NCBI GenBank assembly: GCA_951406725.2
Contig: OX597835.1
Coordinates: 43,772,001 to 43,836,000, forward strand
DNA from: Octopus vulgaris
Lineage: Eukaryota
DNA length: 64,000 nucleotides
Direction: 5' to 3'
The translations under genes and the position numbers were made by a program. The notes beneath the pieces are model-generated. The model did no database searches. It saw nothing but the letters and a program-made list of their open reading frames with translations, and had not been told where the DNA came from. Below are positions 14,609 through 30,847 of the stretch, piece by piece. Each line of letters opens with the position of its first letter. Position 1 is the first letter of the stretch.

Positions 14609-14918
14609 TTGTAGAGTGTGGCCATTTTGTCAAATATACACATGTAGGCACACACATGTAGGCACACACATGTAGGCACACACATGTAGGCAGGCCTGTG
14701 ATAGTTGCAAGTATATTTGTAGGTGTATATAAATAAGCTTATTATACAAGTGTACTGTATAGTATCTTTCTTAGCTCGTATGTATGTAGACATGGATACA
14801 CATATGCATGCATGCTTGCACAAATGCACCTCCGTCTCTCTTTCGTGTATTTCTATATGTCTCTCTCTCTCTATACATCTATGTGTTTGTGTATGTGTGT
14901 GTGCATACACATATGTAC

Positions 14919-14949
<31 letters not shown>

Positions 14950-15555
14950 TCGTGTATATAAACATATACATACACATACATATGCATTTATGTATGAGTG
15001 TGTGTGTGTGAGTGTATGAGTCTGTGTGTGTGTGAGAGTGTGTGTGTGTGTGTGTGTGTGTGAGTGTGTGTGTGTGTGAGTGTGTGTATGTGAGTGTGCG
15101 CGCGCGTGTGTGTGTGTGTGTATGTATGAACTCTAAGTATGCATTTTTGCGCTAAGTAGGATTTTTCCATTATGTCCAATATCAATGGAGATCTTCTTCA
15201 CAGCTTGATATATACAAAGATCATTCCCTCCAAAATGAAAGACCAAGCAGCCATTTTGTTTTTCTATGTGTATACATGTGTGTGTGTGTGTGTGTGTGTT
15301 TTATATTGTTGTTTATTTATGTGAAATCTATTTAGCTATCGTTTCTGACACATTTTGAATCCAACAACAACAACAACGCAGGAACCCCCCCCCCCCCCCC
15401 CAAAAAAAAAATACCGTAACCAAATGGAAATCCACCCCCACAAAAGAACACACCGAAAACATAGACACAAAAATACACAAAAGACAAAAGAAAGCAACGA
15501 CCCACAGAAAAATAAAAACGAAAAATAGGAAAGAATATAAAGAATAGAAAACCAA

Positions 15556-15625
<70 letters not shown>

Positions 15626-15863
15626 ATATGAATGTATGTACATATATGTATATGTGTATACATAAATATATATATGTATATATATGTATATACATATGTA
15701 TATATATGTATATATGTATGTATGTACATATATGTATATGTATATACATAAATATATATATATATGTATATATATGTATGTATATATATGTATATATGTT
15801 GCGTATATATATATATATATATATATATATAACATATTGGTTATTGCAGTATTGTAATATAGC

Positions 15864-15917
<54 letters not shown>

Positions 15918-15927
15918 TGCATATGTG

Positions 15928-15988
<61 letters not shown>

Positions 15989-16454
15989 ATATATATGTAT
16001 GTATATATATACACATACATATGTATGTATATATAAACTAAAATACTATAAACAGAATGGACAAAAGCTAAACAATAAAAAAATAAATGAAAACATAAAT
16101 AGCGATTCGGTTAAAAAAATATGAAAGTGAAACAAATATAAAGAAAGAATACAATAAAATAACAATAGAATAATGGTAATTCTATGAGAAGTTCTCGTTC
16201 CGTCCATCAATGATGGATGGAAATAAATGGAGGGATTATATCAATAAAGCATTGCTAGCTGTTCTTTGATATCAGATAAACTGCGAAATGGTTTTTAAAG
16301 TGAGGGGGGGCAGAATTCTTGGTCTTTCTCTTTTGTCCTCTGCAAGAATGGGACGGACAGTATGCAACGAGAAGGAACACTACACAGTCTCTCGACCTGG
16401 TAGAAATAGCAGCCAAAATCTCTGTGATCTAACTGTAGCACCTCGTCTTTTATT

Positions 16455-16748
16455 ATATTTTTCTTGCTTTAGATACTGGACTGCGGCTACGCTGGAGCAC
16501 CACCTTGAATATTTTATCAGTATCTTTTGCCGAATCGCTAATATTACAGAGACGTAAACAAACCAGCACCGGTGGTGCGGCGACACATTCACACACGGAC
16601 ACATAAACGAAGGGGCTTCTACATACAGTCACCGTTTCCTAAGTTCACTCAGAAATTACTTGTCGGCCCGGGGCTGCTATAGCTGATTACATTTACTCAG
16701 GGTGTCGCACAGGGTGATGGCACACGAAACCACGTCGTTGCAAGGCGA
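16455..16748 (-). mobile_element. Old diverged SINE A-like copy (head remnant continues at ~18402-18418)
   Basis: gactgcggctacgctggagcaccacc tail, gaaaccacgtcgttgcaaggcga head. Confidence 0.6.
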
Positions 16749-16894
16749 GGGTTTCGCAACCGGGGTTCCTAGGGGTTCCGTGAGAAAGAAAGAGATGAGC
16801 TAATGCTAATTTCATTACTATACATGCACAACATATTACTGGTTATTGTAATACAGACATCATCCTATCTAACCTGTTATGTTATAAAAAGAAC

Positions 16895-17015
<121 letters not shown>

Positions 17016-17209
17016 GGCCCAGGAGTGGCTGTGTGGTAAGTAGCTTGCTTACCAACCACATTGTTCTGGGTTCAGTCCCACTGCGTGGCAAATTTAGGTT
17101 GGGCAAGTGTCTTCTAGAACCGATAGAATAAGTATTAGGCTTACAAAGAATAAGTCCTGGGGGGTATTTTGCTCGACTAAACAAGTATGACTGAAGCAAA
17201 TAAAAGAAT
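17016..17209 (+). mobile_element. SINE family A, internally deleted
   Basis: Head joined directly to accgatagaataagta tail region. Confidence 0.8.
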
Positions 17210-17354
17210 ATATATAGGACACAGAAAAATGTGTCACAGCCGACAGGAAGCGTTCGATGCTTCCTAGGGCTAAACAGCGGTGGTGTAATTCCCATACGGG
17301 ACTGTCACGTTAAGTTGACAGTATACAACCACTCTCTCTATATATAATTATATA

Positions 17355-17508
17355 TAAAATAATATATGACAATTATTCGGTTGTCATGATAAGACTCCGA
17401 GTTTCGGATGTCGGGGTGGAATTCTGCTCCACTATCTCGTCAGATTTCCGCTCCGACATCCGAAACTCGGAGTTTTATTATGGCAACCCAATGTCACATA
17501 TTATTTTA
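17355..17508. repeat. Imperfect inverted repeat, ~70-bp arms, 14-nt loop
   Basis: actccgagtttcggatgtcgg / ccgacatccgaaactcggagt core, extending to taaaataatat / atattatttta. Confidence 0.9.
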
Positions 17509-18182
17509 CAGATAAATTCCTCTATTTACATAATACCGACGTCTCATTCATTCTTTTGTTGGCAATTATATATATATATATATATATATATTTATAAACT
17601 AACCTTTGTATGTAGTATACTTACGCCGTCTTATTCCCCTACCCCCTTCCTCCCATAATGTCCTTATTTGGGCGGTTTCTGCTTCACTGACATTTTTTGC
17701 GACTTCTTTTAGCCACTATAGCCAAACTCTTCTTCCAACAACTTAGTTGTGAAATGAATAGATGTGTGATCAACATCTTTTCCTCTTACATCAGGAAATT
17801 ACATCTGCATTATTATGGATACATTCACCCTCTCTGTGAATAACATCTTTCCTCATATCTCCGGAAATTACATCTGCATTATTATGGATGGAAGTTAACA
17901 ATCATTTAAAGACCTTTTATAAAACTGTGCATCATTAGAAAACATTTTAAGTCTGCTTACAATCTAACTTTGAATTTCATAGAACTCTCTTCGATACTTC
18001 ATGAGGGTAGCCTCACCCCTAGGATGTTTGAAAAACTCATATGTGTTTTGGCTGATGAATACGGGACATTTGTATTTGCTGCAATATTTGCAGCTTTAAA
18101 TAAAACTGTTCTTCGTATGAAACAATTGTACTGAACAACTAATCCATTCTTGTTGCTTTTTTCTTGTATATATAATTATATA

Positions 18183-18213
<31 letters not shown>

Positions 18214-18221
18214 GTGTGCAT

Positions 18222-18261
<40 letters not shown>

Positions 18262-18696
18262 GATATTTACCACGTGAACTATGATGAAAATGATATGAAA
18301 GATATGGAAGATATGATATATAATTTCTTTGGTGCAGGGGTTCCTTGAGACATGTAACCTATTTCAAGGGTTACGCAAGGGTGAGTAGGTTGAGAAACAC
18401 CAACCACAGGTATGCCTGTTTCTTAAGGCAAATGCTTTCATTTGCTTCTTTTTTGTCTTAAGCAAGAATCTGAAGGACATCAACCAACATCAACCAACAA
18501 AGAAACATTACTTGGGCCTCCAAGAAATATGACCGGAATTCCCTTAAGTCGAACCGTATTACCTTCAGAGCAAATTCTTCATCTCTTCCACCCGACTCTT
18601 TCCCCTTAAACAAAAACTGGCGGGACACTATCCTAGAGAAGGAAACGTATCTGCCGTCACCAATCTGCTAGAAATGACAGTCAAGTTCCCTCAAAT

Positions 18697-20050
<1,354 letters not shown>

Positions 20051-20582
20051 GAAGAATGGCGATGGTGATGGTAGTGACCACGGGGCGCAGCGGAGGTGTT
20101 TGTGTTGGTGAAACTCTCTTCTTTAATATTCCTCTGATAATATCGTATTTGTGTGTGCGAGACTCGTTTTGAAAAAAATAAAATAAAATAAAATAAAATA
20201 AAATAAAATAAAATAAAATAAAATAAAATAAAATGAAAATAGAAAAATCCAACAAATAAAATAAACAAATACAAAACACAAAAAACAAAACAAACAAACA
20301 AAGAAGCAAAACCAATTTACTCTGTGTAATCTTGAAATTCTGCAGATACGATTACCTATATTTGGTCAATAGGGATCTTTGGTAACAAGATTTTCTAACT
20401 AAACACACACGCACGCACGCGCACGCACGCGCACGCACACACACACACACACATCACACACACACAGACACACACACATGTATATATATATGCACATATA
20501 TATATATATATGTATATACATATATATGTATTTAATATATATATGCATGTATATATATATATATATATATATGTATGTACAT

Positions 20583-20637
<55 letters not shown>

Positions 20638-20688
20638 TACATACATACATACATATATATATACATACATACATATATACATACATAT

Positions 20689-20750
<62 letters not shown>

Positions 20751-20809
20751 ATATACATACATACATATATACATATATATACATACATATATATATATAT
20801 ATATGTATA

Positions 20810-20852
<43 letters not shown>

Positions 20853-21274
20853 ATGCACTATGGTAGTGGTGTTGAGGTGCTGGAGGCGCTGTTAATGGTG
20901 GCGGTGCGGTGCCGGTTCCACTGATTCTTCCATATTTACAAAGACCGTTTATAGAATGGTAAAGGTTCTTCTCCTTTTTTTTTATTTATTTAAAAATCCA
21001 TTAGATGTTGATAATACATACATTTTAAGCAATATCTGCCTTATCTTATTTCTATCTCATCTAATCTGATGCCATTCTCTTTCACGTTTTTACCTTTCCT
21101 TCTTTGTTACCCATCTTTCTATAATTCCTAGTTTTCATTCATTCATTCATTCTTTGGAATTCTCTTTTATTCTTTCCCTTTTCTCTGTTTCTCATTTTAT
21201 TTTCTATTTCTTGCTTGATTTTCTTTCTTTTCTTTTTACTTTCTTCCTTTTTTCCTCCATTCGTTTCTCTTTCA

Positions 21275-21317
<43 letters not shown>

Positions 21318-21495
21318 TCCTTCTTTCCTTCCTTCTTTCTTTCTCCCTCTCTCCTCCCTCTCTTCCTCTCTCACATCGTTCAGTTTCTCTTCTTCTTTAT
21401 TACATCTTCTAACTACACCAGTTTCCTACACCCACTTTCATTTACATTTTCTCGTTCCATTCGCCTCTTTTGCATCTTTCACATTTCCCCGCCTC

Positions 21496-21530
<35 letters not shown>

Positions 21531-22491
21531 ACACACACAGACAAACACACACATAGAAGTATTCATAGTACTATATTGTTTGACAGTGTATATATCCACA
21601 TATTTAGTTTCACAAACAAAAGAGTAACACTCAATACACACCGCAAAGGATGTTGGGATACATTGATACAGTGATATCGCGCTGAATCTATCTTTAGATT
21701 CATTGCACCTCTCACACACATCCTCCTGTCATAAGTAGCACTCTGTAGATCTCTCAAATCGCTCCAAGTTTTGGGTCTTAATGGCACCGAAGAGTTCTCC
21801 TGGCGAAAGCACGGCCTTAGCTTAGCTAGGAGCGGATCCATCCCAGCGATTGATCCTTATTTTGAGAGTCAGAATGCACTTAACCTCAAACAATTAATAA
21901 CACTAAAGAAAAACTCGAGTGAGGCTTACAAAAGAGAATTTTTCTCACATCTGTGACGCTTCCAAAGCTGCAAACATGGACCCCACCACAAAAAAAAACA
22001 AAACAAAACAAAAAACAAAAAACAAACAAACAAAAAAATAAAAACAAAAACAAGACAAATGACTGATTGGCACAAATTCACCCAGAAAAACTGCAGCAAC
22101 TGTCCCAGGGGCATAAGGTCTTCTCTTTTCTGTTTTTTTTTTCTACAAATACTATAATAACCTCTGCCACTCAGAACTGGCTGGGCTCGTGCCAACTTCC
22201 ACTCACCCGTTCCCGACCCACCCATTTCTCATTTTCTCGTCACTCTTGAAGCACCTATAGCAATGACAACAACATCATTCATGAAACTAACGGATATCAT
22301 AGAAAAGATTGCTTTGGCTCCAAGGAAGGAGAAACAGAAGCGAACTTTCTGTAGTTTGAATGGCGTTCTGTTACATGAACGATATAAGCATCCGTTGCTA
22401 GAACATCGAATGACAAGAAATGTCAGTGGAAGAGGGAGAAGGCCGCCGATGGAGGGACAAAAAGAAAAAAATAAAGTTAGGTTCCCGAGCC

Positions 22492-22690
22492 ATGCCAGGC
22501 TCATAAGGGCCGGTTTCCTGCTATCGAAGGCCTATAAATTCCCCACCTGAACGGATGCACCGGTCCGTCGTAGGGTTATTCATTTTCGCCAGCTGAGTGG
22601 ACCGGAGCAACGTGTAATGAAGTGCCCGGTCCAGGAATCGAAACCACAATCTTACGATCGTGAGCCCAACGCCCTAACCACTAAGCCACC
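22492..22690 (-). mobile_element. tRNA-derived SINE with alternative tail (family E; also 60543-60750)
   Basis: gaatcgaaaccac...ccctaaccac head; ctcataa...ccggtttcc...gtccgtcg tail shared by both copies. Confidence 0.6.
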
Positions 22691-22917
22691 CCTCTTGATG
22701 GAGTTACAGTGAGAGTAGGGATCATAATTGGGTGTGCTGACACCGATAGGAGTTGTGAGTCCGCAGAACATTTTGTATGCTTTATGATGCAAATTGCTTC
22801 ACCTTTGATACACGCGTGAGCTGCGAGTACATTAAGAAAAATGCAGGTACAAATGCAGGGGGCAGCATAAGCAACAACTTCAATATATGTGCAGCAACAC
22901 CTTCGTAGCAACAGACT

Positions 22918-23231
22918 GGTACTCCGTCAGTTACGACGACGAGGGTTCCAGTTGATCCGATCAACGGAACAGCTAGCTCATGAAATTAACGTGCAAGTGG
23001 CTGAGTACGCCACAGACACGCGTATCTCAGGGAGATTCAGAGTGATACAGAATGTGACAAGGCTGGCCCCCTTTTAATTACAGGTACAATTCATTTTTAC
23101 AAGCTGAGTGGACTGGAGCAATAAAGTGAAATAAAGTGTCTTGCTCAAGGACACAACGCGTCGCCGGGAATTGAACTCATGACCTTACAATCGCGAGTGG
23201 AATACCCTAACCAATAAGCCATACACCTTCA
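22918..23231 (-). mobile_element. SINE family D (CORE-like body, family-C tail)
   Basis: Minus gagttcaattcc B box, tgtgtccttgagcaagacactt CORE-like motif. Confidence 0.8.
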
Positions 23232-23624
23232 CCGTAGAAACAACGGTGTGTGTATGCGGTCGCTTGACCTGTTAGAAACAGCTGTAAGAGCTGGCTGGGT
23301 TCATGTCACTTCTACTCATGCATTCCAGGTCCACTCATGTCTGCTCCTCTCATCACCCTTACTGGGTTCACCTTCCCAGGCCCCGACTAATCTCTATGTC
23401 CAGTTCTCCCGTCTCAGAGGTCAGCCTTATGGAATTGCTTTCCCAGTCGTACCTTACCCTCTGCATCAATCTCAACGGTTAGGGAGGGCGGCCTGTGAGG
23501 GTCATAGATATCATCCTTTCATCTCCACCGAATAAGTAAAATTAAAAAAAAAACAACAGAAAACAAAAAATGAAACAGCAAAAAGCACAAAACCACCAAG
23601 CGCTGTTTATCAATTTGTTGTATT

Positions 23625-23850
23625 TTTCGTTCATTTGTCTCAGTTATTGGGCTGCGGCCATGCTGGGGTACCACCTTAAAGGGTTTAGTCGATTAAAGTA
23701 ATTATTTTAAGTCAGGTTCATGATCAATCATCACTGTTTGCCGAACAATTACAAGGGACACAAAGAAACCAACAGCGGTTTTTCAAATGGTGAGAGACAA
23801 ATACAAAGAAACACACACGCACACAGACATACACATTCACGCACGCATGC

Positions 23851-23887
<37 letters not shown>

Positions 23888-24040
23888 ACACACACACACG
23901 CGTGACGGACTTCACAAAGTTTCTGCTTATCAAATTCACTCTCGAGGAAGACTGTGGCCCACGTTGCTGGGCAGTGGGATTGAACTTCAGATCACATGAC
24001 TACTATGATAACGTCTTACACACACACATAGACACGCCTG
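23625..24040 (-). mobile_element. Old diverged SINE A-like copy
   Basis: gctgcggccatgctggggtaccacc tail, internal (CA)n, decayed head. Confidence 0.55.
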
Positions 24041-24084
24041 AGTTATTAAGTAAAAATGTACTACAAGGTACCTCAGTAACATGA

Positions 24085-24353
24085 CCCTACTGTTCGTCCG
24101 ATGTCACTTTGTCCCACGTCACTTCGTCCACGTCTTTTGCTCCGACGTCTTTTTGTCCGATGATTTTTCTGTCCAACAACTTTTTGTCCAATTTTAAATA
24201 AAATCTTCAGAAAACAAGGTGAACATCAAAATCAAATAATTATTGAGGATTTCATTGATAGGATTTGTCAATAGGACAAAAAAAATCATCGGATAAAGTG
24301 ACGTCGAAAAGGACGTTTGACGAAGTGACGTTGGACGAAAAGACATAGCACCC
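24085..24353. mobile_element. Foldback-like MITE with ~15-bp tandem subunits in inverted orientation
   Basis: Left units gtcacttcgtcc/tttgtcc, right units ggacgaa/gacgaagtgac, AT-rich spacer. Confidence 0.6.
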
Positions 24354-24548
24354 ATCAGCAATTGCAAGAGCGCCCTGTTCTATGGTTTCTTTGGACGGTT
24401 ATTTTAGTACGCTCGATTAGAAGGGTATGCAAACCCGTTGCTCAACCGCACCCCATTTCTGGGATCGGGGTTGAGTTAGATTCCTTCTCATTGCAGCCGA
24501 TTCTAAGACAGAGGCTGGTGGTAATGGTGGTGAGCTGGTAATGGTAAA

Positions 24549-24780
24549 GGCGGCGAGCTGGCAGAAACGTTAGCACGCCGGGCGAAATGCTTAGCGGTAT
24601 TTCGTCTGCGTTACGTTGTGAGTTCAAATTCCGCCGAGGTCGACTTTGCCTTTCATCCTTTCGGGGTCGATAAATTAAGTACCAGTTACGCACTGGGGTT
24701 GATGTAATCGACTTAATACCTATGTCTGTCCTTGTTTGTCCCCTCTGTGTTTAGCCCCTTGTGGGTAATAAAGAAATAGG
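24549..24780 (+). mobile_element. tRNA-derived SINE family B (Meta-domain-like core)
   Basis: ggcggcgagctggcagaaacgttagc, gagttcaaattcc, gcctttcatcctttcggggtcgataaa; TSD ggtaatggt. Confidence 0.9.
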
Positions 24781-25286
24781 TAATGGTGGTGGTATAAACA
24801 GCAGGTAAATTGACTCCAATACTTGGTTGGTAAGTTATTTATCGACTCCAGAAGGATGAAAGGCAAAGCTGACTTCGGTAGGAGTTGAACTCAGAACGTA
24901 GTGAACCGGTGCAATTATCACACAACGACAGTTGTTTCGACGCACCAGCGATTCAACTGATCGAACGTTTTTGAAAATGTGTTACAATCTTAAAGATATT
25001 ACTTTCTTGAAGCCTAGTATTGTTTGTTGCATTCTGTGTATGAAAGTGTGAGTATGTGTGTGTGTGTGTGTGCTTGTGTATATGCGTGAGTATACGTGTG
25101 CATTTGTGTGGTAGTGGGAGTGGTTGGTTGGTTGTGGGATGTGTTTATTTCCCTAATTTGCCTAAATATTTTGATGAGAATTCTGGTATTTATTTTTATT
25201 TTGCACATATGTTTATGTATTTTTAATAATATACATACATATACATACACGCACACATATAATTATATATATACATATTTATATAT

Positions 25287-25332
<46 letters not shown>

Positions 25333-25333
25333 G

Positions 25334-25496
<163 letters not shown>

Positions 25497-26139
25497 ATGT
25501 GTGTGTGTGTGTATTTTTAATGTTAGTAAAAATTTGAAATATGATAATAGCCATATTTCAGTGACGTCTCTAAGCCAATAAACTCATTTAGAAATTCGTA
25601 TAGTTTTCGTCAGTGAAACAACAAATTGAATGATAATAATAATGATGATGATGATGATAATATTAATAATAATAATAATAATAATAATGAGAATGGTAAT
25701 TAAAAAATCTAAAAATAAAGAAAATGGTAACAGGAAATAATGCAAGCCTAAAAATTATATTTAGAGGGCCATAAACATAGAATTATTATTGGACGCATTC
25801 TCCAGCCCCATCAGACACACGCCACACACATACATAAATTTACACACACACTCACACACACACATATACTCACATGCATACACGCACACCTGCTTATTTG
25901 TGCCTGCGCAAACAAATATCTATTCACGTGCACACTGATGCCTACATACAGTGGTAAATATGCATCCACACACACACACACGACACACACACACGACACA
26001 CATACACGTGCATATATATATGTTTATATATATATATGTGCGTGTCTATATATATATATATATGTATATATATGTGTGTGTGTGTCTATATATATGTATA
26101 TGTATATATATATGTTTATGTATATATATGTTTTATATA

Positions 26140-26184
<45 letters not shown>

Positions 26185-26190
26185 GCATGC

Positions 26191-26222
<32 letters not shown>

Positions 26223-26788
26223 GTATGTACATATATATGTATGTTTATATATATATATATATACACACACACACATGTAAATATGTATATGTAGATACGT
26301 GTGTGTATGTATATTTAAATTAGTACACAATCACGTACACATACACACGCGTTTATAGACACAGTCGTATACAGAAGCGCAAGTAACGGTATACATATAT
26401 ATATATATACGTACGTACATATATCAGTATACGCTCAAACACATACTCACATATGCTTACACACGCGGAAACACACACATAAGTAAACCGAATCGTACAC
26501 ACAAATCACATACGCACACACACATTCGGGCACATACACGCATACAAAAACGTCCAAAGAAACTTACGTGAAGAAATTAGTATACGCGCACTTGCACATA
26601 CATACACAAACACATTCACCCACATACATACCACAAAAATAGCCTCACTGAAGAATACACGTGACACGCATGCGCATACAGACTAAATTATCTATATTAA
26701 AATTCACAATAGCCCTTGTCTTTTCTTTTTTAAATATACATCTAAATATATTTTTAATATACCTAAATATACATACATACATACATAC

Positions 26789-26868
<80 letters not shown>

Positions 26869-26874
<6 letters not shown>

Positions 26875-27077
26875 GGCCATTCACCCACTAGAAATAACAG
26901 CCAAAAGCTTTAACCGCAAAATAACATTAATACCGTAAACCAGGAGAAAATTGAAAAACTTTTACCCTGTAAATTACAGGGTAAAAGTTTTTCAATTTTC
27001 TCCTGGTTTACGGTATTAATGTTATTTTGCGGTTAAAGCTTTTGGCTGTTATTTCTAGTGGGTGAATGGCCTATTAT
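26869..27077. repeat. Perfect palindrome, 104-bp arms, 1-nt spacer at 26973
   Basis: ataataggcc...ccctgtaa a ttacaggg...ggcctattat. Confidence 0.95.
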
Positions 27078-27192
27078 GGCCGTTCCTTGATTGTGATGTT
27101 GAACGTAAAAATGGTTTATGACTATTTAATTTTTTCCTACTAGCCGCTGGTGGCAAAAGAATTCTACAAAATTTTTTTGCCACCCTATATTG

Positions 27193-27420
<228 letters not shown>

Positions 27421-27559
27421 TATTTATATATATTTTATACAAATAAATATATTTTTTTCTTAATAAGAAATTAATTTTTCTCTTTGTAATTTGCATTTTT
27501 ATTTGCATTTTCAACATTTGCAATAAGAGTATAATCATAGTGATGACGACGACGACGAC

Positions 27560-27602
<43 letters not shown>

Positions 27603-28223
27603 ATGATAGTATCGATAAAAGTGTGGGTGATGACTTTGCTGATGATGACAATGAAAATTCTACTGAATATCATTGATGGTTATCAAATTCCTTATCGTGT
27701 ATATTATCAGCATCGCTATCACCATTACAATCGCTTTTCTTCTCCACATCCTCAAAATGATTCTTTTAATTGCTATACCCCTCCACAAAATTTCAGACCT
27801 TTGGCGTAGGGGTTTAGGTGAATCGTTAGAATGGATACTGAGTATTAAAAACGTGAATTAATGAGACGAATTGATAAACCCTGATGTCCAAAATCTAAAA
27901 ATTCTGCAATGCAACATTAATGGCGTTGAAAGCACCTTTATGGAACTAACAACTCACTCATAAAAATCGAGCACCAATAATTCGGTAACATTCTTACTGC
28001 TTTACTACAGAATATTTAACATTAAATTGTATTCATACCAGACTAAACAGTTTTTTCTTCACAAACAGTGGATTCTTATAATAGACATAAAACTTAAATT
28101 CAATTTGCAGATATCACAAATGAAATTTGTCAAATAATAGATAACGACACGACACGACAAACTCAGACTTTCAAATAAAAACAAACACGATGCTCATCAC
28201 TCACTCACTCACTCACTCACTAG

Positions 28224-28262
<39 letters not shown>

Positions 28263-28397
28263 TGTCCATTTGCCTGTCTGCCTGCCTGCTAGTCTGTCTG
28301 TCTATCTACTTAGCTATCTATCTATCTATCTATCTATCTGTCTGTCTGTCTGTCTGTCTCTCTGCTTGCCTGCCTGCCTGTCTGTCTGTCTGTCTGT

Positions 28398-28478
<81 letters not shown>

Positions 28479-28808
28479 CATTGATATGTATGCATGTATA
28501 TAATATATACTATAATATATAACTGCGCAAATTCATCGAAGAGTCTATTGGATGTTGTTATACAACGCTGGTTACATTCTTGCAGTGTTTCAAGGATATC
28601 ACTCTGGTGGCAAGACGGGTGAGGCCTATGCCGTGTTAAGCAACCACGATCACGACATTCACTCTAAACGGGAAGCCAGCATAGTGCAGGATGACTCATT
28701 TACAGGTGGGTATGTATGTATATGCACACACACATACACACACATACAAACACACACACACACACATACACACACACGCACACATGCACAAGTATATTAT
28801 CATTATAA

Positions 28809-29038
28809 GCCGGCGAGCTGGCAGAAACGTTAGCACGCCGGGCGAAATGCGTAGCCGTATTTCATCTGCAGCTACGTTCTGAGTTCAAATTCCACCGATT
28901 TCGACTTTGCCTTTCATCCTTTCGGGGTCGATAAATTAAGCACCAGTTACGCACTGGGGTCGATGTAATCGACTTTATCCGTTTGTCTGTCCTTGTTTGC
29001 TCCCTCTATGTTTAGCCCCTTGTGGGTTGTAAAGAAAT
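28809..29038 (+). mobile_element. SINE family B
   Basis: Matches 24549 copy; TSD tatattatcatt. Confidence 0.9.
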
Positions 29039-29197
29039 ATATATTATCATTGCTGGTCTTACCAGCCGTCCTCCCAGATAACACTTGCCAATTACAATAG
29101 GTTGATACTTTTCATAAACGCCAACGCTGGTGAGTCGTGAACGTACTGAACATCACGTGACTCTTAAAGAGTAGAAATACTATAAGAATCTGCAGAA

Positions 29198-29781
29198 GGC
29201 GGCGAGCTGGCAGAAACGTTAGCACGCCGGGCGAAATGCTTAGCGGTATTTCGTCTACCGTTACGTTCTGAGTTCAAATTCCGCCGAGGTCGACTTTGCC
29301 TTTCATCCTTTCGGGGTCGATAAATTAAGCACCAGTTACGCACTGGAGTCGATGTAATCGACTTAATCCCTTTGGCTGTCCTTGTTTGTCCCCTCTGCGT
29401 ATAGCCCCTTGTAGGTAGTAAAGAAATAGGTATTTCGTCTGCCGCTACGTTCTGAGTTCAAATTCCACCGATTTCGACTTTGCCTTTCATCCTTTTGGGG
29501 TCGATAAATTAAGCACCAGTTACGCACTGGGGTCGATGTAATCGACTTAATCCGTTTGTCTGTCCTTGTTTGTCCCCTCTGCGTATAGCCCCTTGTGGGT
29601 AGTAAAGAAATAGGTATTTCGTCAGTCTTTACGTTCCGAGTTCAAATTCCACCGGGGTCGACTTTGCCTTTCATCCTTTCGGAGGTTGATAAATTAAGTA
29701 CCAGTTGTGTATTGGGGTCGATCTAATCTACTGGCCCCTCCCCTAAAATTTCGGTCCTTGTACCTAGAGTAGAAACGAATT
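29198..29781 (+). mobile_element. SINE family B, one head plus three tandem body units
   Basis: ggtatttcgtc restarts at ~29226, ~29429, ~29613; last unit has the alternative tail. Confidence 0.9.
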
Positions 29782-30063
29782 AAGCAATCTGCATAAGAAT
29801 CATTATACCTGAATTCCCTTTAGATTAAGAAAAAATCCACACTAGCAACACACCATTATGCCAACTAATACGTAGCACAGCCGCTTAGTAAGCAATTCAT
29901 GTTTGTACTTAAGTACACCTACCAATTTTCTTCCCAACATATTCCGATGTAGATGAAAAACTCTAAAAACATTTACAGGATCTCAAAGAAAAAACTCACA
30001 ATTGATCTAGTTACCAAAAATCAGAATTAAGTTTTCAAAGTTTAGTATCTTCACAATCATCGT

Positions 30064-30430
30064 GACACTCTGCCGGTTTCGACGACGAGGGTTCCAGTTA
30101 ATCCGATCAATGGAAGGGTCTGCTCGTGAAATTAACGTGCAAGTGGCTGAGCACTCCACAGACACGGGTACCCTTAATGTAGTTCTCAGGGAGATTCAGC
30201 GTGACAGAGAGTGTGACAAGGTTGTCCCCTTTGAAATAATGGTACAACAGAAACAGAAAGAAAGTTGTGGTGAAAGAGTACAGCAGATTTCGCCACCATC
30301 CCCTGCCTCAGCCTCGTGAAGCCTTAGGTACTTTCGCTCAATGAACAGTCACAACGCCCGGTTTGGGAATCGAAACCGCGATCCTACGACCGCGAGTCCA
30401 CTGCCTTAACCACTGGACCATTGCACCTTC
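30064..30430 (-). mobile_element. SINE family C
   Basis: Aligns with 2215-2590. Confidence 0.85.
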
Positions 30431-30847
30431 AAATCACAATCATAGATATTGCTGTAAATACATTCATAAATTTATTATAGAAGCAACTAAAAATATATCG
30501 CACAAGGTGATATTAAAAACGACAACCCCAGTAACATTCCAGAAATAACCAGCTTGATAAAAAATGCCATGAACAACCTAAAACACAATTAATTGATCAG
30601 AAATAAATTTCAGCATGATCAACTAAATACGGAAATAATAAACAAAAATAGACATAAAAAATGAAATAAATGGTAAATTGAATATCCAACCTAAACCATA
30701 AAAATAACAGTAAAATGCTCTAAAATTTATTGTTATACTTTGGGACGGTCATATTTTGCCAATTAAAGACACGCGCTTTGTACTTGGTTTCACTTCAGTC
30801 TTATTGTTAGTATTTTAGCTCCTTTGTCTAAGTTCTTCCGTCACACA

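Noticed and set aside
17393-17455. Minus-strand CTGACGA...GAAActcggagTC as a hammerhead
   Set aside because: Stem I does not pair and the large hairpin would dominate folding.
21600-22470. Host exons in unique-looking stretches (also 8240-8360, 48290-48530, 61380-61550)
   Set aside because: No recognisable domain or consistent splice-bounded frame; small exons cannot be excluded without RNA data.
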